Notes: generated by a model from the letters alone, not told the origin. Positions 31,639 through 46,304 are shown, numbered from the stretch's first letter. The stretch: 64,000 nucleotides of DNA from an uncultured Phycisphaerales bacterium (GCA_963844715.1 CAWJPJ010000006.1:864001-928000), one strand, 5' to 3'. A program made the numbers and translations.

Positions 31639-31995
31639 TCACTCGGCGGGTTCGATCGTTGCGGACATGGAGCCTTTGCATGTGGCGACGCGCGGGTCGG
31701 TGCCGTAGGCGTGGATTTGGTCGCGCTTGAGTTCGGCCATTTCCTTGTGGGTGGTGAGGACGATGACGCGGCCTTCGTGATCGACTTCCTCCGCCATGCT
31801 CATTCCTTTTTCGGGTGGATAGGCGAAGAGGACGCCGAGCATTTCAATCACATAGTCGTAGCTGTGATCGTCATCGTTAAAAAGGATGACGTGAAACATC
31901 GGGAGCTGGGCGGGCTTGCGCTTTTTTGACGGCTTGGCCTTTTGTGGCGTGGCTACCGCCACCCCTTCTTCCTTGGATTGTTTCTGCGAATCCAT
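31639..31995 (-). CDS. clpS: ATP-dependent Clp protease adaptor
   Basis: FHVILFNDDDHSYDYVIEML...VDHEGRVIV...AELKRDQI. Confidence 0.92.
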   Translation of the reverse strand: MDSQKQSKEEGVAVATPQKAKPSKKRKPAQLPMFHVILFNDDDHSYDYVIEMLGVLFAYPPEKGMSMAEEVDHEGRVIVLTTHKEMAELKRDQIHAYGTDPRVATCKGSMSATIEPAE

Positions 31996-32119
31996 CGACG
32001 TGGCTCATTACAAGTAGGGACGAACCATGAACAGTACTCCAATCGGATTGGCAAAATCAATAAGTTTTTGTTACGCCTGGCGGGAGGGTACGTTAGTGTA
32101 GTGCCTGCCGGAGGTTGGC

Positions 32120-32881
32120 ATGATCGACAGGATTGGACGTCGGGTGCGCCTGGGGGCGGTTCTATGGGTCCTGGGGGTGTTGAGCACCACCAGTTGGGGT
32201 TGTCTCCGTGAGCTATTGGATGCCAGGGCGATCGAGTGGTCGTCATCGATCATTCAGGCGAAGTTGATCGCGATCGGGTCGCCGCAGGGCACGGGGACGG
32301 CCACGAGCCAGCCGGCTTGGACCTATCAGGTTTTTACATTTCAGGTTAGCGATGTCTTCGACGGGCCGGATGAAACCGGGCAGGTTCAGGTGGTTCGATT
32401 TATCGGACCTGAAGAGACGCGCAGCGATCCTTGCGGGCAGGAATTGACGCACCAAAGTCTCGGAAAGGCATTCGTGCTGATGCTCCGACTGGAGTCGCAG
32501 ACGGGGTGGAGCAAGTCGCACAATGATCGCGACCCGCGAACGAGCCAGGTGCATGCGTTAAAAGCGTTTGTGTTTGTGCATATGGAGTCATCGGATGATC
32601 TCGGGTCCGATGGGATCGCGGATTTGAGGCGGCAGATTGCCGATACGCGGGCCGCGGAATCGCAATTCAGCGCCGATGACGCAAAGACACAGGCCGGGGC
32701 ACTGGCAAACGCGATGGACGATACCGAGGCGGACGAGGCGGAACAGGCACTGGAAGGAATGGGGTATCGTGCGCAAGGGGCCGTGGAAGACGTAATGAGC
32801 GGGGTTGGCGAGACCGGGAAAGAGCGATTGCAGCGGGTTCTAAATGCGATTTCGGTGCCGGCGATCGTTAGGGAGCAGTAG
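32120..32881 (+). CDS. Exported hypothetical protein
   Basis: 253-aa ORF with N-terminal hydrophobic signal and RBS GGAGG. Confidence 0.65.
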   Translation: MIDRIGRRVRLGAVLWVLGVLSTTSWGCLRELLDARAIEWSSSIIQAKLIAIGSPQGTGTATSQPAWTYQVFTFQVSDVFDGPDETGQVQVVRFIGPEETRSDPCGQELTHQSLGKAFVLMLRLESQTGWSKSHNDRDPRTSQVHALKAFVFVHMESSDDLGSDGIADLRRQIADTRAAESQFSADDAKTQAGALANAMDDTEADEAEQALEGMGYRAQGAVEDVMSGVGETGKERLQRVLNAISVPAIVREQ

Positions 32882-32887
32882 CTCTTT

Positions 32888-32962
32888 TATTTGGCGGGCG
32901 TGCGCGGCACGGCGCGGGGGCGATCCACGTTCGAACGGCGTGCTGCGCACGCCCGCTAAATA
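32888..32962. repeat. REP-like palindrome (family C); right arm repeated exactly at 34706-34736
   Basis: TATTTGGCGGGCGTGCGCGGCACG...CGTGCTGCGCACGCCCGCTAAATA; 31-bp CGAACGGCGTGCTGCGCACGCCCGCTAAATA is identical at 32932 and 34706. Confidence 0.85.
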
Positions 32963-33110
32963 TGGGGGGCTCGGGGGTTTATTCGAAGTTGTATATCTTG
33001 ATCGTCTCATAACTTTCATTCTTTTGGGGCGTTTTTGCCGAAGTAGAGGTGTAAGTGTCTAAGGGCGCAGGGTCTGCGCCGGTGTGTGCGGTGCCGGAGT
33101 AAAGAACGCC

Positions 33111-33889
33111 ATGGATTTGGCAACGCTGTTTGGATTCCTGATCGCCTGGGGCGTCGTTCTTTTTTCGATGTTCCACGCCTCCGAGGGGGCGATGGGGGCG
33201 TATTTCAAGCCGCCGGAATTGATGTTGGTATTCGGCGGCTCGATGGGCGCGGCATTGCTATCGATGCCGATGCACTCGATTACGGGGATCGTGTCCTACA
33301 TCAAGAAGTGGGCGCTCAATAAAGATCAGCACATCGAGCATTTGATTCATGAGATGGTGCAGTACGCCGAGACGGCCCGGCGCGACGGCGTGCTGGCGCT
33401 GGAGAGCGCGGCGGCGAGGCGCCTGATCCGTTCCTGCGCCGGGGATTGCAGTTGACGATTGACGGGACGGACGCCGAGATCATTGAACGGATTTTGCGCA
33501 TCGAAATCGAATCCATGACCGAGCGCCACAAACACGGGAAACATCTCTTTCACACGCTGGCGAAATTCGGGCCCGGGTTTGGATTGATGGCGACGCTGAT
33601 CGCACAGGTGGCGATGTTCCGAAACCTGGGCGGCGACGCATCGGTCATCGGCAACGCGCTGGCGATCGCCCTGACCGGGACGCTGTACGGCTGTATTCTG
33701 CAAAACCTCGTCGCCGGACCCGTCGCTGAAAAATTGACGTTCCGCAGCCAGGAAGAGGCGTTTTCCAAGGAGATCATGCTCCAGGGGATTTTGAGCATTC
33801 AGGCGGGAAACAATCCGCGCGTGGTGGAGATGCAGCTCATGAGCTTCTTGAGCAGCCGACAGCAAGAAGCGATTCCGAAGGCCGCTTAA
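33111..33889 (+). CDS. motA: Flagellar stator protein MotA/PomA (frameshifted)
   Basis: MDLATLFG, ARRDGVLALE, DGTD, GPGFGLMATL, GTLYG, IQAGNNPR. Confidence 0.9.
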
Positions 33890-34681
33890 ATGGCTTCCTG
33901 CAAGTGCAAAAAACCGGCCGAATGTGAAGAATGCCCGGAGTGGATCTTCACGTTTGCGGACCTCGTCATGCTCATGATGGGGTTCTTCGTGATTTTGTGG
34001 GTGCTGAAGCCGGCGCCGGGGAAGAAAGGGGACGGCAATAACAACGAGGACTGGATCAAAGTGGCGGCGGCGATTCGCGAGGCGTTTGGGTATATCCCGA
34101 ATCCGAACAGCCGCGATCCGGTTGATATGCAGATGATCATCAACGGCCTGTCCAAGATCAAAATGGACGGACCGGGAAGCGGGAAGGTTCTCGAGGAGCC
34201 GAAGGGGCCGGAAGGAACCGATCCCGAGGTGACGAGCATTCGGCCGTCGAATCAGGCCACTGAGGGCGGGAAGATGCTCTTCGAGCGCGGAAGCGCGGAA
34301 TTGACGGATAAGACGAAACAGGAATTGGACGAGGTGGCGGACGTGATTCGGGGGCATCGGAATATCGTGATGGTCAAGGGGCATACGTCCCTGGACGATC
34401 TGCCGGACGGCGCTACGGCGGAACAGAAGATGGATCTCTCGCTGCGGCGGGCCCAGGCGGCGGCGGATTATCTGACCGAAAAAGGCGTCGATCCGAGAAT
34501 TTTGCGCGTGCAGGGTTGCTCGATTTTTGAGCCGCTCACGCAGCGGCAATACACGACCGATGCGCAGCGATTGAATCGCCGCGTCGAAGTGGAAGCGACG
34601 GCGACGCTGCTGGATGAAATGCAGAAGAGCGACACGCAGGGGGATTCGGGGTCGTTCGAGTCGAATTCTGCGGATCAGTAG
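33890..34681 (+). CDS. motB: Flagellar stator protein MotB/PomB
   Basis: WIFTFADLVMLMMGFF; OmpA-like domain GHT...LSLRRA...NRRVE. Confidence 0.92.
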   Translation: MASCKCKKPAECEECPEWIFTFADLVMLMMGFFVILWVLKPAPGKKGDGNNNEDWIKVAAAIREAFGYIPNPNSRDPVDMQMIINGLSKIKMDGPGSGKVLEEPKGPEGTDPEVTSIRPSNQATEGGKMLFERGSAELTDKTKQELDEVADVIRGHRNIVMVKGHTSLDDLPDGATAEQKMDLSLRRAQAAADYLTEKGVDPRILRVQGCSIFEPLTQRQYTTDAQRLNRRVEVEATATLLDEMQKSDTQGDSGSFESNSADQ

Positions 34682-34776
34682 GGGGAGCCAACGCGCCGGG
34701 GTAAACGAACGGCGTGCTGCGCACGCCCGCTAAATAAAGAGCACAATCGTTGCAAGGAAAAAGAGTCCGCGGAGGG

Positions 34777-35598
34777 TTATGGTTTCTGCTTTTTCGGCGG
34801 TTTGGACATCAGGAGGAAAAGCCAGATTACTCCGGCCATGGCTATGGCGACGCTGAGTATTTGGCCCATGGTGAGCCAGCCCCAGGCGATGTATCCGAGT
34901 TGGGGATCGGGCTCGCGGGTGAATTCGACGCAGAAGCGGATCACGCCATAGGCGATGACGAAGGACGCGGCGATTTCGCCGTCGCGGCGGTTTTTACGTT
35001 TTTTGACCAGCCAGACGATCGACAAAAGAAGCGGGCCCTCGAGAAGCGCTTCGTAAAGCTGCGAGGGATGGCGGGGTTGATTGTCGGCGGTGGGGAAGAT
35101 CATGGCCCAGGGGACGTTCGTGGGCCGGCCGAAGAGTTCGCCATTGATGAAATTGGCGATGCGCCCCAGGAATAGGCCGATGGGCGTGACCAGGGCCATG
35201 CAATCGGCGAGATTCAGGAACGAAAGTTTTTCGACTTTGGACCAGATGAAGAGAACGATGATGACACCGGCGAGTCCGCCATGGAAACTCATTCCGCCTT
35301 TTTGGATTTCGAAGGGTTCATACCAGTGTAGGACGGGCCCCATGTTGTGGCGGTAGAAGAACCACCAGCCCGATCGTCCGCCGGCAATGACGCCGAGGGC
35401 GAGCCAGCCGATCAGGTCGCCGAGCTTTTCGGGATTCATGCGCAAGACGCGACGTTTCGCCAATTTGTGCAGGATGAAATAGGCGATGATGAAGCCGGTG
35501 AGATAGGCGACGCCGTACCAGCGGATCTGGATCGGACCCAGATGGACGATCACCGGATCGATCTGCGGATAAGGAATCAGGGCAAGAGGCAGATGCAT
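34777..35598 (-). CDS. lgt: Prolipoprotein diacylglyceryl transferase
   Basis: IRWYG, GGMSFHGG, LGRIANFINGELFGR, RHPSQLYE, RFCVEFTREPD. Confidence 0.95.
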   Translation of the reverse strand: MHLPLALIPYPQIDPVIVHLGPIQIRWYGVAYLTGFIIAYFILHKLAKRRVLRMNPEKLGDLIGWLALGVIAGGRSGWWFFYRHNMGPVLHWYEPFEIQKGGMSFHGGLAGVIIVLFIWSKVEKLSFLNLADCMALVTPIGLFLGRIANFINGELFGRPTNVPWAMIFPTADNQPRHPSQLYEALLEGPLLLSIVWLVKKRKNRRDGEIAASFVIAYGVIRFCVEFTREPDPQLGYIAWGWLTMGQILSVAIAMAGVIWLFLLMSKPPKKQKP

Positions 35599-35611
35599 TA
35601 ACTGCGCCGCT

Positions 35612-37024
<1,413 letters not shown>

Positions 37025-37269
37025 CGTGGGGAACCTCCATGGTTTGGGCCGGGTATGCTAACCGGCTGGTGGTGAGGGGTCAAAAAGCCGGCGATAGCCG
37101 CATTTTGCAACGGTTTTCTCACTAGGCATGGGGAGACCTTGCCGGACTGAAATGCCCAAATAGCGCGCAGGTGTTGACGGACTGTGGCGGCAGCAGGAAT
37201 GAATTGACTCGCCATGGGAGTCCCGCTAAACCACGGCGAATCCTTTAGCAGCTTTGAAGCGGCGCACAT

Positions 37270-37285
37270 TGGCACTGTCTTTGCG
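37270..37285 (+). promoter_or_regulatory. Sigma-54 (-24/-12) promoter upstream of glnA copy 2
   Basis: TGGCAC-tgtct-TTGC, an exact GG-N10-GC match to consensus. Confidence 0.75.
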
Positions 37286-37472
37286 GCGGAAAGATTCGAA
37301 GCTGCTTGAGGGTGGTGTAGTTTTGTTTGGCGGCAGAAGGGCAAGATTGTTTCAGCCTTTCAGTTGAAGTTGGGTTGCCGAGTGTCATCGGCCGTTTAGA
37401 TCGCCTTGTGGCTGGGCGATCTGGTCGGCGGCGCTTGCGGCTCGGTCTCATATCCAGAAAGGATGATTCCCC

Positions 37473-38906
<1,434 letters not shown>

Positions 38907-38927
38907 TAAGGCGATGGTCTTGCGAAT

Positions 38928-38961
38928 AAAGCCCGCGGATTGCCATCCGTGGGCTTTTTTT
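38928..38961 (+). terminator. Intrinsic terminator
   Basis: AAAGCCCGCGGAT-tgcc-ATCCGTGGGCTTT followed by T-run. Confidence 0.85.
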
Positions 38962-38963
38962 AT

Positions 38964-41270
38964 TCACACGCGTCCGCGCCGGAACCTGGCGCGGATGAAT
39001 TTTCTGACGATTTCGGTGTGTTGTTTGAAATCGCGCAAGAGCATTTCGCCCATGTCCCCCTCCTCGGCTTCGGGGTGATAGTTCATGCGGCGTGCCAGGG
39101 GCAGAAGTTCGGGCGAGCCGCGCGGGAAGGAATAGATCGCGCGCCGAGCCGCGAAGCATGCGCTGCGCGTTGATGAGGCGGCGCATGAATTGGTATGCGC
39201 CACTGAGTTCCTCGAATTCCAAGGCCGTCAGGATTTCCGCGCGGCGAAGGCCTTGTATGGCTTCGTGAAGGCGCGGCGTGCGGAGTTGTGGGGCCTCCTT
39301 GGCGTGCATGACCTGAAGCATCTGAACCACCTGCTCCAAATCCGCCAGGGCGCCCGGGCTTTGTTTGGAATTCAGGGCTGAACTGGAGATTTGGGCATGT
39401 CTGGGTCTTTCGTGTGCTGGGCCCGCATCTTCTCGGAGATTTCCCAGACAGCGTCGAAATCCATCAGCGGGCTGTCGTAGAGGATCTGATCGCGCAATTG
39501 CTCGATGGCGAAACCGAGCTGCGCGCTCCCGGCAATCCAGCGCAATCTGGCCAGGGCCAATCGTTCGAAGGAATGGGCTTTGCCTTTGAGGCCGTAGTAT
39601 TCGGCGAATTCCTGGCGGCTGCAGGCGAGCGGGCCGCTGCTGCCGAAGGGGCGGAGGCGCAGATCGACCTGGAAGATTCCCTCGCGTTTGGCTTGGATGT
39701 AGGCGCTGGATTCGCGCGTGAAGATGGCGAAGAACTCGCCGTTGTCCAGGGAGCCGCGGGCGCCGCCGGACGTGGAGCCGTCGTTGTCGTAGAGATAGAG
39801 CAACTCGATGTCGGAGGCGTATCCCAGCGCCACGCCGCCGAGCTTTCCAAGGCCAAAGACGGCGTAGCTGACGGGGTGCTTTTTGGCGTCCAGCGGCGTT
39901 CCGTAGAGGCGCGTCAGTTCGGTGAAAACCAATCGGCAGGCGGTCGCGACCAGGTTCTCGGCCAGGAAGACCAGGCGCTCGGATAACGTCTGGAATGCCG
40001 AATCGGGATTGGCTTCGGTGAGGATGTGATCCAGATCGATGAGGAAGAGTTCGTGGTCCTTGAATTCATTGAGACGCTGCCGCTGGTCTTCGAAATGCCG
40101 GGCTTTGCCGAGGGATTCATCGAGCCGTCGCGGAAGGCTGCGTTCCGGGAGGGCCATTTGCCGGCCGCGCACGTGGCGCTGGAAGGCCCCGAGGAGTTTG
40201 TCGGATTGCCAGCGGATGAAATCTTCCCAAAGAAAATCGCTGGCGCCTAGGACTTTCGCCAGGTCGGTCATGCAGATCGGGTCATCCAGCAATTCGAGCC
40301 ATTGCTGGCGCTGGGGGCCTTGGACGATTTTTTCGGCCAGTTCCTCGAAGCGCTGCAACGCGGAGAAGGGATCGGGGGCGCGGTCGAGGAAATAGACGAA
40401 TTGCTGAGTGAGCAGGACCGAACCGCGCAGTTGTTCGATGCGTTCGGGATCGAGCAGCGGCTTGCCATGGGAATCGACGAGATCGATTTCGTTGATGTTC
40501 AGATTGCCCACGGTGCGGGCGCGAGTGCGTTCGATTTGAAGCGCATGGAGAGAGAGCGCGGTGCTGAGGGCGTAGAGAAAGGCCGGCGCATCGGGGGCCC
40601 AGAGTCTTAGGCGAGTCGCTTCGGGTAATTGTTCGATGTCGATGTCGAGAGAAACCAGGTCCGGCGGCGTAGCGCCGCGGCGGCGGGATTTGAGCCATTG
40701 GGTGACCCGCTCATTGACGATGCGTTTGGCGCGATCGGTCGATTTCTCCTCTTCATCGTCGAGGAGGCGCATGACTTCCTCGATCAAAGGGACGAAAGTT
40801 TTCTGCCAGGCGCGGAAATTCGGGCCCGGGCCGGCGAGTTTGCCCCGGAAGTGATCGAGAATGACGGGGTGCTTGGTGGGATCGCCGGCGCTGATGGCCT
40901 GGCGGCGGTTGCGCACCGGGCGGCGAGGCCGCTCGCCCCCGCGCGGCGGGCGGAGGGTGAAGGCGTCGCTGCTTTCTATATTGAATCCGGTGGCGGCCAT
41001 AAGACCGGTGATGCTGGAAAACTCGAACGGGTGATCGAATGCGACGATCGTGCAGTCGATCTGGCCTTGTTTGTCTTGATCCAGCAGCACGGCGACGGGA
41101 TTTTCGCCGGAGAGCGACGCCAGCGCCTGCACGTGGCGGGTGATCGTCTTGCCGTTAAATTCTTGGTAGTAATCGTCTTCGAGCCGTTCGAGGAAGGATT
41201 GGACGATTTCGGGCTGCACGCCGCGGACTTGCGAGCGGACGGTTTTCAATATTTCCGGGTCTGGAACCAT
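38964..41270 (-). CDS. glnE: GlnE-like GS adenylyltransferase with N-terminal ACT-like domains (frameshifted at 3' end)
   Basis: GLGKLGGVALGYASDIELL, DLRLRPFG, FERLAL, AYQFMRRLINAQR; N-terminal GlnD-like ACT segments. Confidence 0.82.
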
Positions 41271-41535
41271 GAAGGTCGGTCGGGCGCTGTGCATTTCAAC
41301 GCCCCGGCGCGGGCCTGTCCAGATATAGTCAAATCGGAAATTCCAGTTCGGCGGGAAGAGCGGTTTTTCATTCGATCTATGTGACCGCGGGAGCGAAAAT
41401 TCTTTCGATTGCCCCGAGTAGCATCGTTTTTGCTGTTGCCTTCCGGTACCGAAAACGTGGAACAAAATGCTCCAAAACCCCCACAAGGAGGCCGATCCCG
41501 CTAGGCCTGCTTAGAAAATGGACACCTGACCCCCT

Positions 41536-42573
41536 ATGCCAAAGTTCAAATTGGAGTACATCTGGCTGGACGGCTATACGCCGACCGCCAATCTTCGCGG
41601 CAAAACTCTCGTCAAGGAATTTGCCAGCGAACCGACGCTCGAGCAGCTCCCCAAGTGGGGATTCGACGGCAGTTCGACCCAACAGGCGGAGGGCCATAGT
41701 TCGGATTGCGTTCTCAAACCCGTGGCGCGGTATCACGACTCGTCGCGAAAGAACGGCGTGATCGTTTTGTGCGAGGTCATGCATCCCGACGGGACGCCGC
41801 ACTCGACTAATGCGCGGGCGACCATTCTGGATGATCCGGAGACCTGGTTCGGTTTCGAGCAGGAATACTTTCTATACAAGGACGGCTTGCCGCTCGGATT
41901 CCCGAAGGAAGGCTTCCCCAAGGAGGGCCAGGGGCGATACTACTGCGGCGTCGGTTATTTCCACATGGGAGACATCGCCCGGGAAATTGTGGAAAAGCAT
42001 TTGGACCTTTGCCTCGATGCAGGCATCAATCACGAAGGAATCAATTCCGAAGTCGCCAAGGGGCAATGGGAATTCCAAATCTTCGGCAAGGGCTCGAAGA
42101 AGGCGGCAGACGAAATGTGGGTTGCCCGCTATCTGCTGAACCGGCTGTGTGAAAGCTACGGCGTTGAAGTGAATTACCATTGCAAGCCGCTGGGCACCAA
42201 GGCCGACTGGAACGGTTCAGGCATGCACTCCAACTTCTCGACGAAATATCTGCGCGAAGTCGGCGGCAAGGAATACTTCGAGGCGCTCATGGCGGCATTC
42301 GATAAGTACAAAGCCGAGCACATCGCGGTCTATGGGCCGGACAACCATCTGCGCCTGACCGGATTGCACGAGACGCAATCGATCGACAAATTCAACTACG
42401 GCGTTTCCAATCGCGGCGCGTCGATCCGGCTTCCCAACAGCATGCCTAAGAACGGATACAAAGGATATCTGGAAGATCGGCGTCCGAACTCGGAAGGCGA
42501 TCCGTACAAGATCGCCAGCCGCATCCTTGAAACGATCGCTACGGTACCGATTCCGGAGGCGGTTTTGGTCTGA
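41536..42573 (+). CDS. glnII: Glutamine synthetase type II
   Basis: LEYIWLDG, WGFDGSST.QA.G..SD, WFGFEQEY, GQWEFQ, DWNGSGMH, RLTGLHET, LEDRRP; 345 aa. Confidence 0.95.
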   Translation: MPKFKLEYIWLDGYTPTANLRGKTLVKEFASEPTLEQLPKWGFDGSSTQQAEGHSSDCVLKPVARYHDSSRKNGVIVLCEVMHPDGTPHSTNARATILDDPETWFGFEQEYFLYKDGLPLGFPKEGFPKEGQGRYYCGVGYFHMGDIAREIVEKHLDLCLDAGINHEGINSEVAKGQWEFQIFGKGSKKAADEMWVARYLLNRLCESYGVEVNYHCKPLGTKADWNGSGMHSNFSTKYLREVGGKEYFEALMAAFDKYKAEHIAVYGPDNHLRLTGLHETQSIDKFNYGVSNRGASIRLPNSMPKNGYKGYLEDRRPNSEGDPYKIASRILETIATVPIPEAVLV

Positions 42574-42851
42574 GTGGATATGTCTGCGGCCCACCCTTCA
42601 TCCCGGCCCTATGTGCTGGAAATTGAGGGGGGAGCTAAAGATATAGTGATGCAAAATGCAGCGCCGCAACGACCGCGAGATTCGCGGTCGCGTGCGGCGT
42701 TTTTGCGTCCGGGATTTTGAAATTTCCGCTGGACAACCGGTAAATGTTTTGCGATGATCCCGCTCCCGATCGGTCGGACAAAGTCGAAGTCGGGCCGGTT
42801 ACTTCCATCGCTGACGAACCAACCACAGCAGGAAAACGGAGCCTCAATCAC

Positions 42852-45033
42852 ATGTCAAATGCTCGTTATGAGGCGATCCATTCGATCGCCACTGCCAAGC
42901 ACAAACTGAATTATGTCGATTTCAAAAAGGTCCATTTCAAGGACCTGTTTGGGATCAATGTTTTCAACGAGGCAGCCGCGCAGGCGCGGCTTCCCAAGCC
43001 GGTATTCAAGGCTTTGCAGAAAACAATTCGCAAGGGCGCCCCGCTCGATCCGGGCATTGCCGACGCCGTCGCGGCGGCGATGAAGGATTGGGCGCTGGAA
43101 CATGGCGCGACGCACTACACGCACCTCTTCCAGCCGATGACCGGGATCACCGCCGAGAAGCATGACAGCTTCATCAATCCGACCAGCGCGGGAACGGCAA
43201 TCGCCGAATTCAGCGGGAAGGAATTGATCAAGGGCGAGCCGGACGCCAGCAGCTTTCCCTCCGGTGGACTGCGCGCGACTTTTGAAGCGCGCGGCTACAC
43301 CGCCTGGGACCCGACGAGCCCGGCTTACATCATCGAGCATCCGAACGGCTCGACGCTGGTAATACCCACCGCGTTTCTGAGTTGGACGGGCGAGGCGCTC
43401 GACAAGAAGACCCCCCTGCTCCGCTCGATGGAAGCATTGAGCGAGCAGGCGCTGCGCATCCTGAAGATTGTTCGGGAACAAGGAAGCATCGCACGTCTTC
43501 ACGACCGTCGGATCGGAGCAGGAATACTTCCTGATCGACAAGAGCTTTTATCTGCTTCGTCCGGACCTGATCAACTGTGGACGGACGCTTTTCGGCGCCA
43601 AGCCGCCGAAGGGGCAGGAACTGGAAGACCAGTATTTCGCCAATATCCCCGAGCGCGTTTTGGCGTTCATGGCGGATTCGGAGGCGGAACTGTTCAAGCT
43701 GGGCGTGCCCGTCAAGACGCGCCACAACGAGGTGGCCCCGAGCCAGTATGAACTGGCCCCCCTCTTCGAGAACAGCAATCTGGCGACGGATCACCAGAAT
43801 TTGATCATGCAGCAGATGCGGCAGATCGCCGACAAGTACGGCCTGGTCTGCCTGCTGCACGAGAAGCCTTTTGCCGGGATCAACGGCAGCGGCAAGCACA
43901 ATAACTGGTCGATGGCGACCGACGTGGGCGAAAACCTGCTCGATCCGGGCAACACGCCGCATGAGAACGCGCAGTTCCTGGTGTTCGTGGCGGCGGTTAT
44001 TCGCGCGGTCAATAAGTATTCCGATGTGCTTCGCATGTCGATCGGGTCGGCGCACAACGATCACCGCCTGGGCGCCAACGAGGCCCCGCCGGCGATCATC
44101 TCGATCTTCCTGGGCGACCAGCTCAACGACATCATCGAGCAGATCGAAAAAGGCTCCGCCAAGACTAGCAAACAGGGCGGTATGTTTGAGACCGGCGTGT
44201 CGGTTCTTCCCAAGCTTCCCAAGGAAGCGGGAGACCGGAACCGGACGAGTCCGTTCGCGTTCACCGGGAACAAGTTCGAGTTCCGCGCTGTCGGCGCCAG
44301 CGCCAACATCGCGGGCCCGAATACGATCCTCAATGCGATCGTGGCCGAGAGCCTCGATTACATCGCCACGAATCTCGAAGCAGCCGTGAAGAGCGGGAAA
44401 TCGCTCACGGCGGCGATTCAGGAACTTTTGCCGTCGATCATCAAGGAGAACAAGCGCGTCGTTTACAACGGCGACAACTACTCCGAGGCTTGGCACAAGG
44501 AGGCCGAAAAACGCGGGCTTCCGAACATGAAGAACACAGTCGATACCCTCCCGGTTGTCGTCAAGAAGGAGACGATCGACTTGCTCACGAAGTACAAGGT
44601 GTATACCGAGAAGGAACTGCAAAGCCGCTTCACGATTCTGGCGGAGAACTACGTCAAGGCGGTGATGATCGAAGGCAGCACGGCTGCTCTGATCGCCAAG
44701 ACGCAGATTCTGCCGGCGGCGATCAAGTTCCAGAAGGAAGTCGGCGAGTCGGTTGCGGCGGCCAAGGCCGCCGGGGCGTCGAGTCCGGGCGGGGTCGAGT
44801 TGCTCTCGACGATTGTCTCGGGCATCAACGACCTGACCCGGGCGATTGCGACGCTGGACAAGGCGCTGAACCATCACGCCGAGGGCGACGCACTGGCGCA
44901 CGCCAGGCATGCCCGCGACGGCGTTCTGGCCTCGGCCGCGGAGTTGCGTAAAGTCGCGGACAAGCTGGAGAACATCATTCCCGATGAACTCTGGCCGCTG
45001 CCGACGTATCGCGAGATGCTGTTTATCAAGTAA
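42852..45033 (+). CDS. glnN: Glutamine synthetase type III (frameshifted at ~43470)
   Basis: [81 protein letters not shown]. Confidence 0.95.
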
Positions 45034-45060
45034 GCTTGCGATTTCCGTAGAAGATTCTTT

Positions 45061-45090
45061 AGCCCCGGAACAGTTCCGGGGCTTTTTTTT
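45061..45090 (+). terminator. Intrinsic terminator
   Basis: AGCCCCGGAA-cag-TTCCGGGGCT followed by T-run. Confidence 0.88.
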
Positions 45091-45095
45091 CGCGC

Positions 45096-46304
45096 GTGAC
45101 TTACAATCCGATCGTGCGAATTCATTTATCGACAACCCCCCAGCGCGCCGAAGCGGGAGATCCGTGGGCGACGGGATTCCTTACCCCCGTTTGCACGATC
45201 CGTTGCGACGCCGGGACACGGCGAACGGCGGCGCGCGTGGGAGGAAGCCTGCTTCGGCAGTGGGATGATCCACGGGAGGCGCTGGGCTGGATGGCCCGCA
45301 CGTTCTGGCCGGGGGGCGGGCGATGGATCGGGTTTTTGAATTATGACTTGGGGAGGGTGTTCGAGGATTTGCCGCCGCGGCGGCCGGACGATTTGGACGT
45401 GCCGCTGTTTGTATTTACGTATTGCCGCCCGGCGAGCAGGCGCGCCGCGGTTTTTGAGCCTGATTATGGGAGATCGGACGCTCCCCTGACGTCGAATTTC
45501 ACGCGCGAGGCGTATGTCGCGGTCGTGCGACGGGTGATGGACTACATCGCGGCGGGGGATGTTTTTCAGGTGAATCTTTCGCAGCGCTTCAGTTGCGGAT
45601 TGCGGCTGCATCCGGCGGAGATTTACAGGAGGCTGGTGCGGCAAACGCCGGCGCGTACGGGGCGTATCTCGCTTACGACGACTTTGCGATTATTTCGAAT
45701 TCGCCGGAACTGTTCCTGAGCGTGAGCGCCGATCGGCGGGTCATTACGAGGCCGATCAAGGGAACACGCGGCGAATTTGCCGGGGATGAAGGAGGAACTG
45801 ACCGCCAGCGCCAAGGACCAGGCGGAGTTAAACATGATCGTCGATCTGGAGAGGAACGATCTGGGGAGAGTTTGCAAAATCGGGAGCGTGAAGGTCACCG
45901 AGACGCGATCGATCGAGGAACACCCGACTGTCTTGCACGGCGTGGCGACCATCGAGGGCGTTTTACGCGACGACGCGACCTTCGCCGATCTGCTTCGAGC
46001 CACATTTCCCGGCGGCAGCATCACGGGAGCGCCGAAAATCCGCGCCATGCAGATTATCGACGAACTGGAAACCGTCCGGCGCGGGGCATATTGCGGCGCG
46101 GTGGGTTATCTCGACGCCGATGGAACCATGCAATTCAACGTGGCGATTCGGACTATGCTCATCAAGGGCGGCATGGCGCACATCCCTGTCGGTGGCGGGA
46201 TTGTCGCCGATTCCGATCCGGAGGCAGAGTACGAAGAGACGCTCGTCAAAGCCAAGGCGATGTTCGAGGCGGTGGGAATTGGGTCCGGCGAACTGGTAAA
46301 GTAA
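45096..46304 (+). CDS. pabB: Aminodeoxychorismate synthase component I (frameshifted)
   Basis: GDVFQVNLSQ, NSPELF, RPIKGT, AELNMIVDLERNDL, FPGGSITGAPK. Confidence 0.85.

Noticed and set aside
42648..42709. Glutamine riboswitch upstream of GSIII
   Set aside because: A simple long hairpin right after glnII and upstream of the candidate promoter; better explained as a terminator or REP-like stem.
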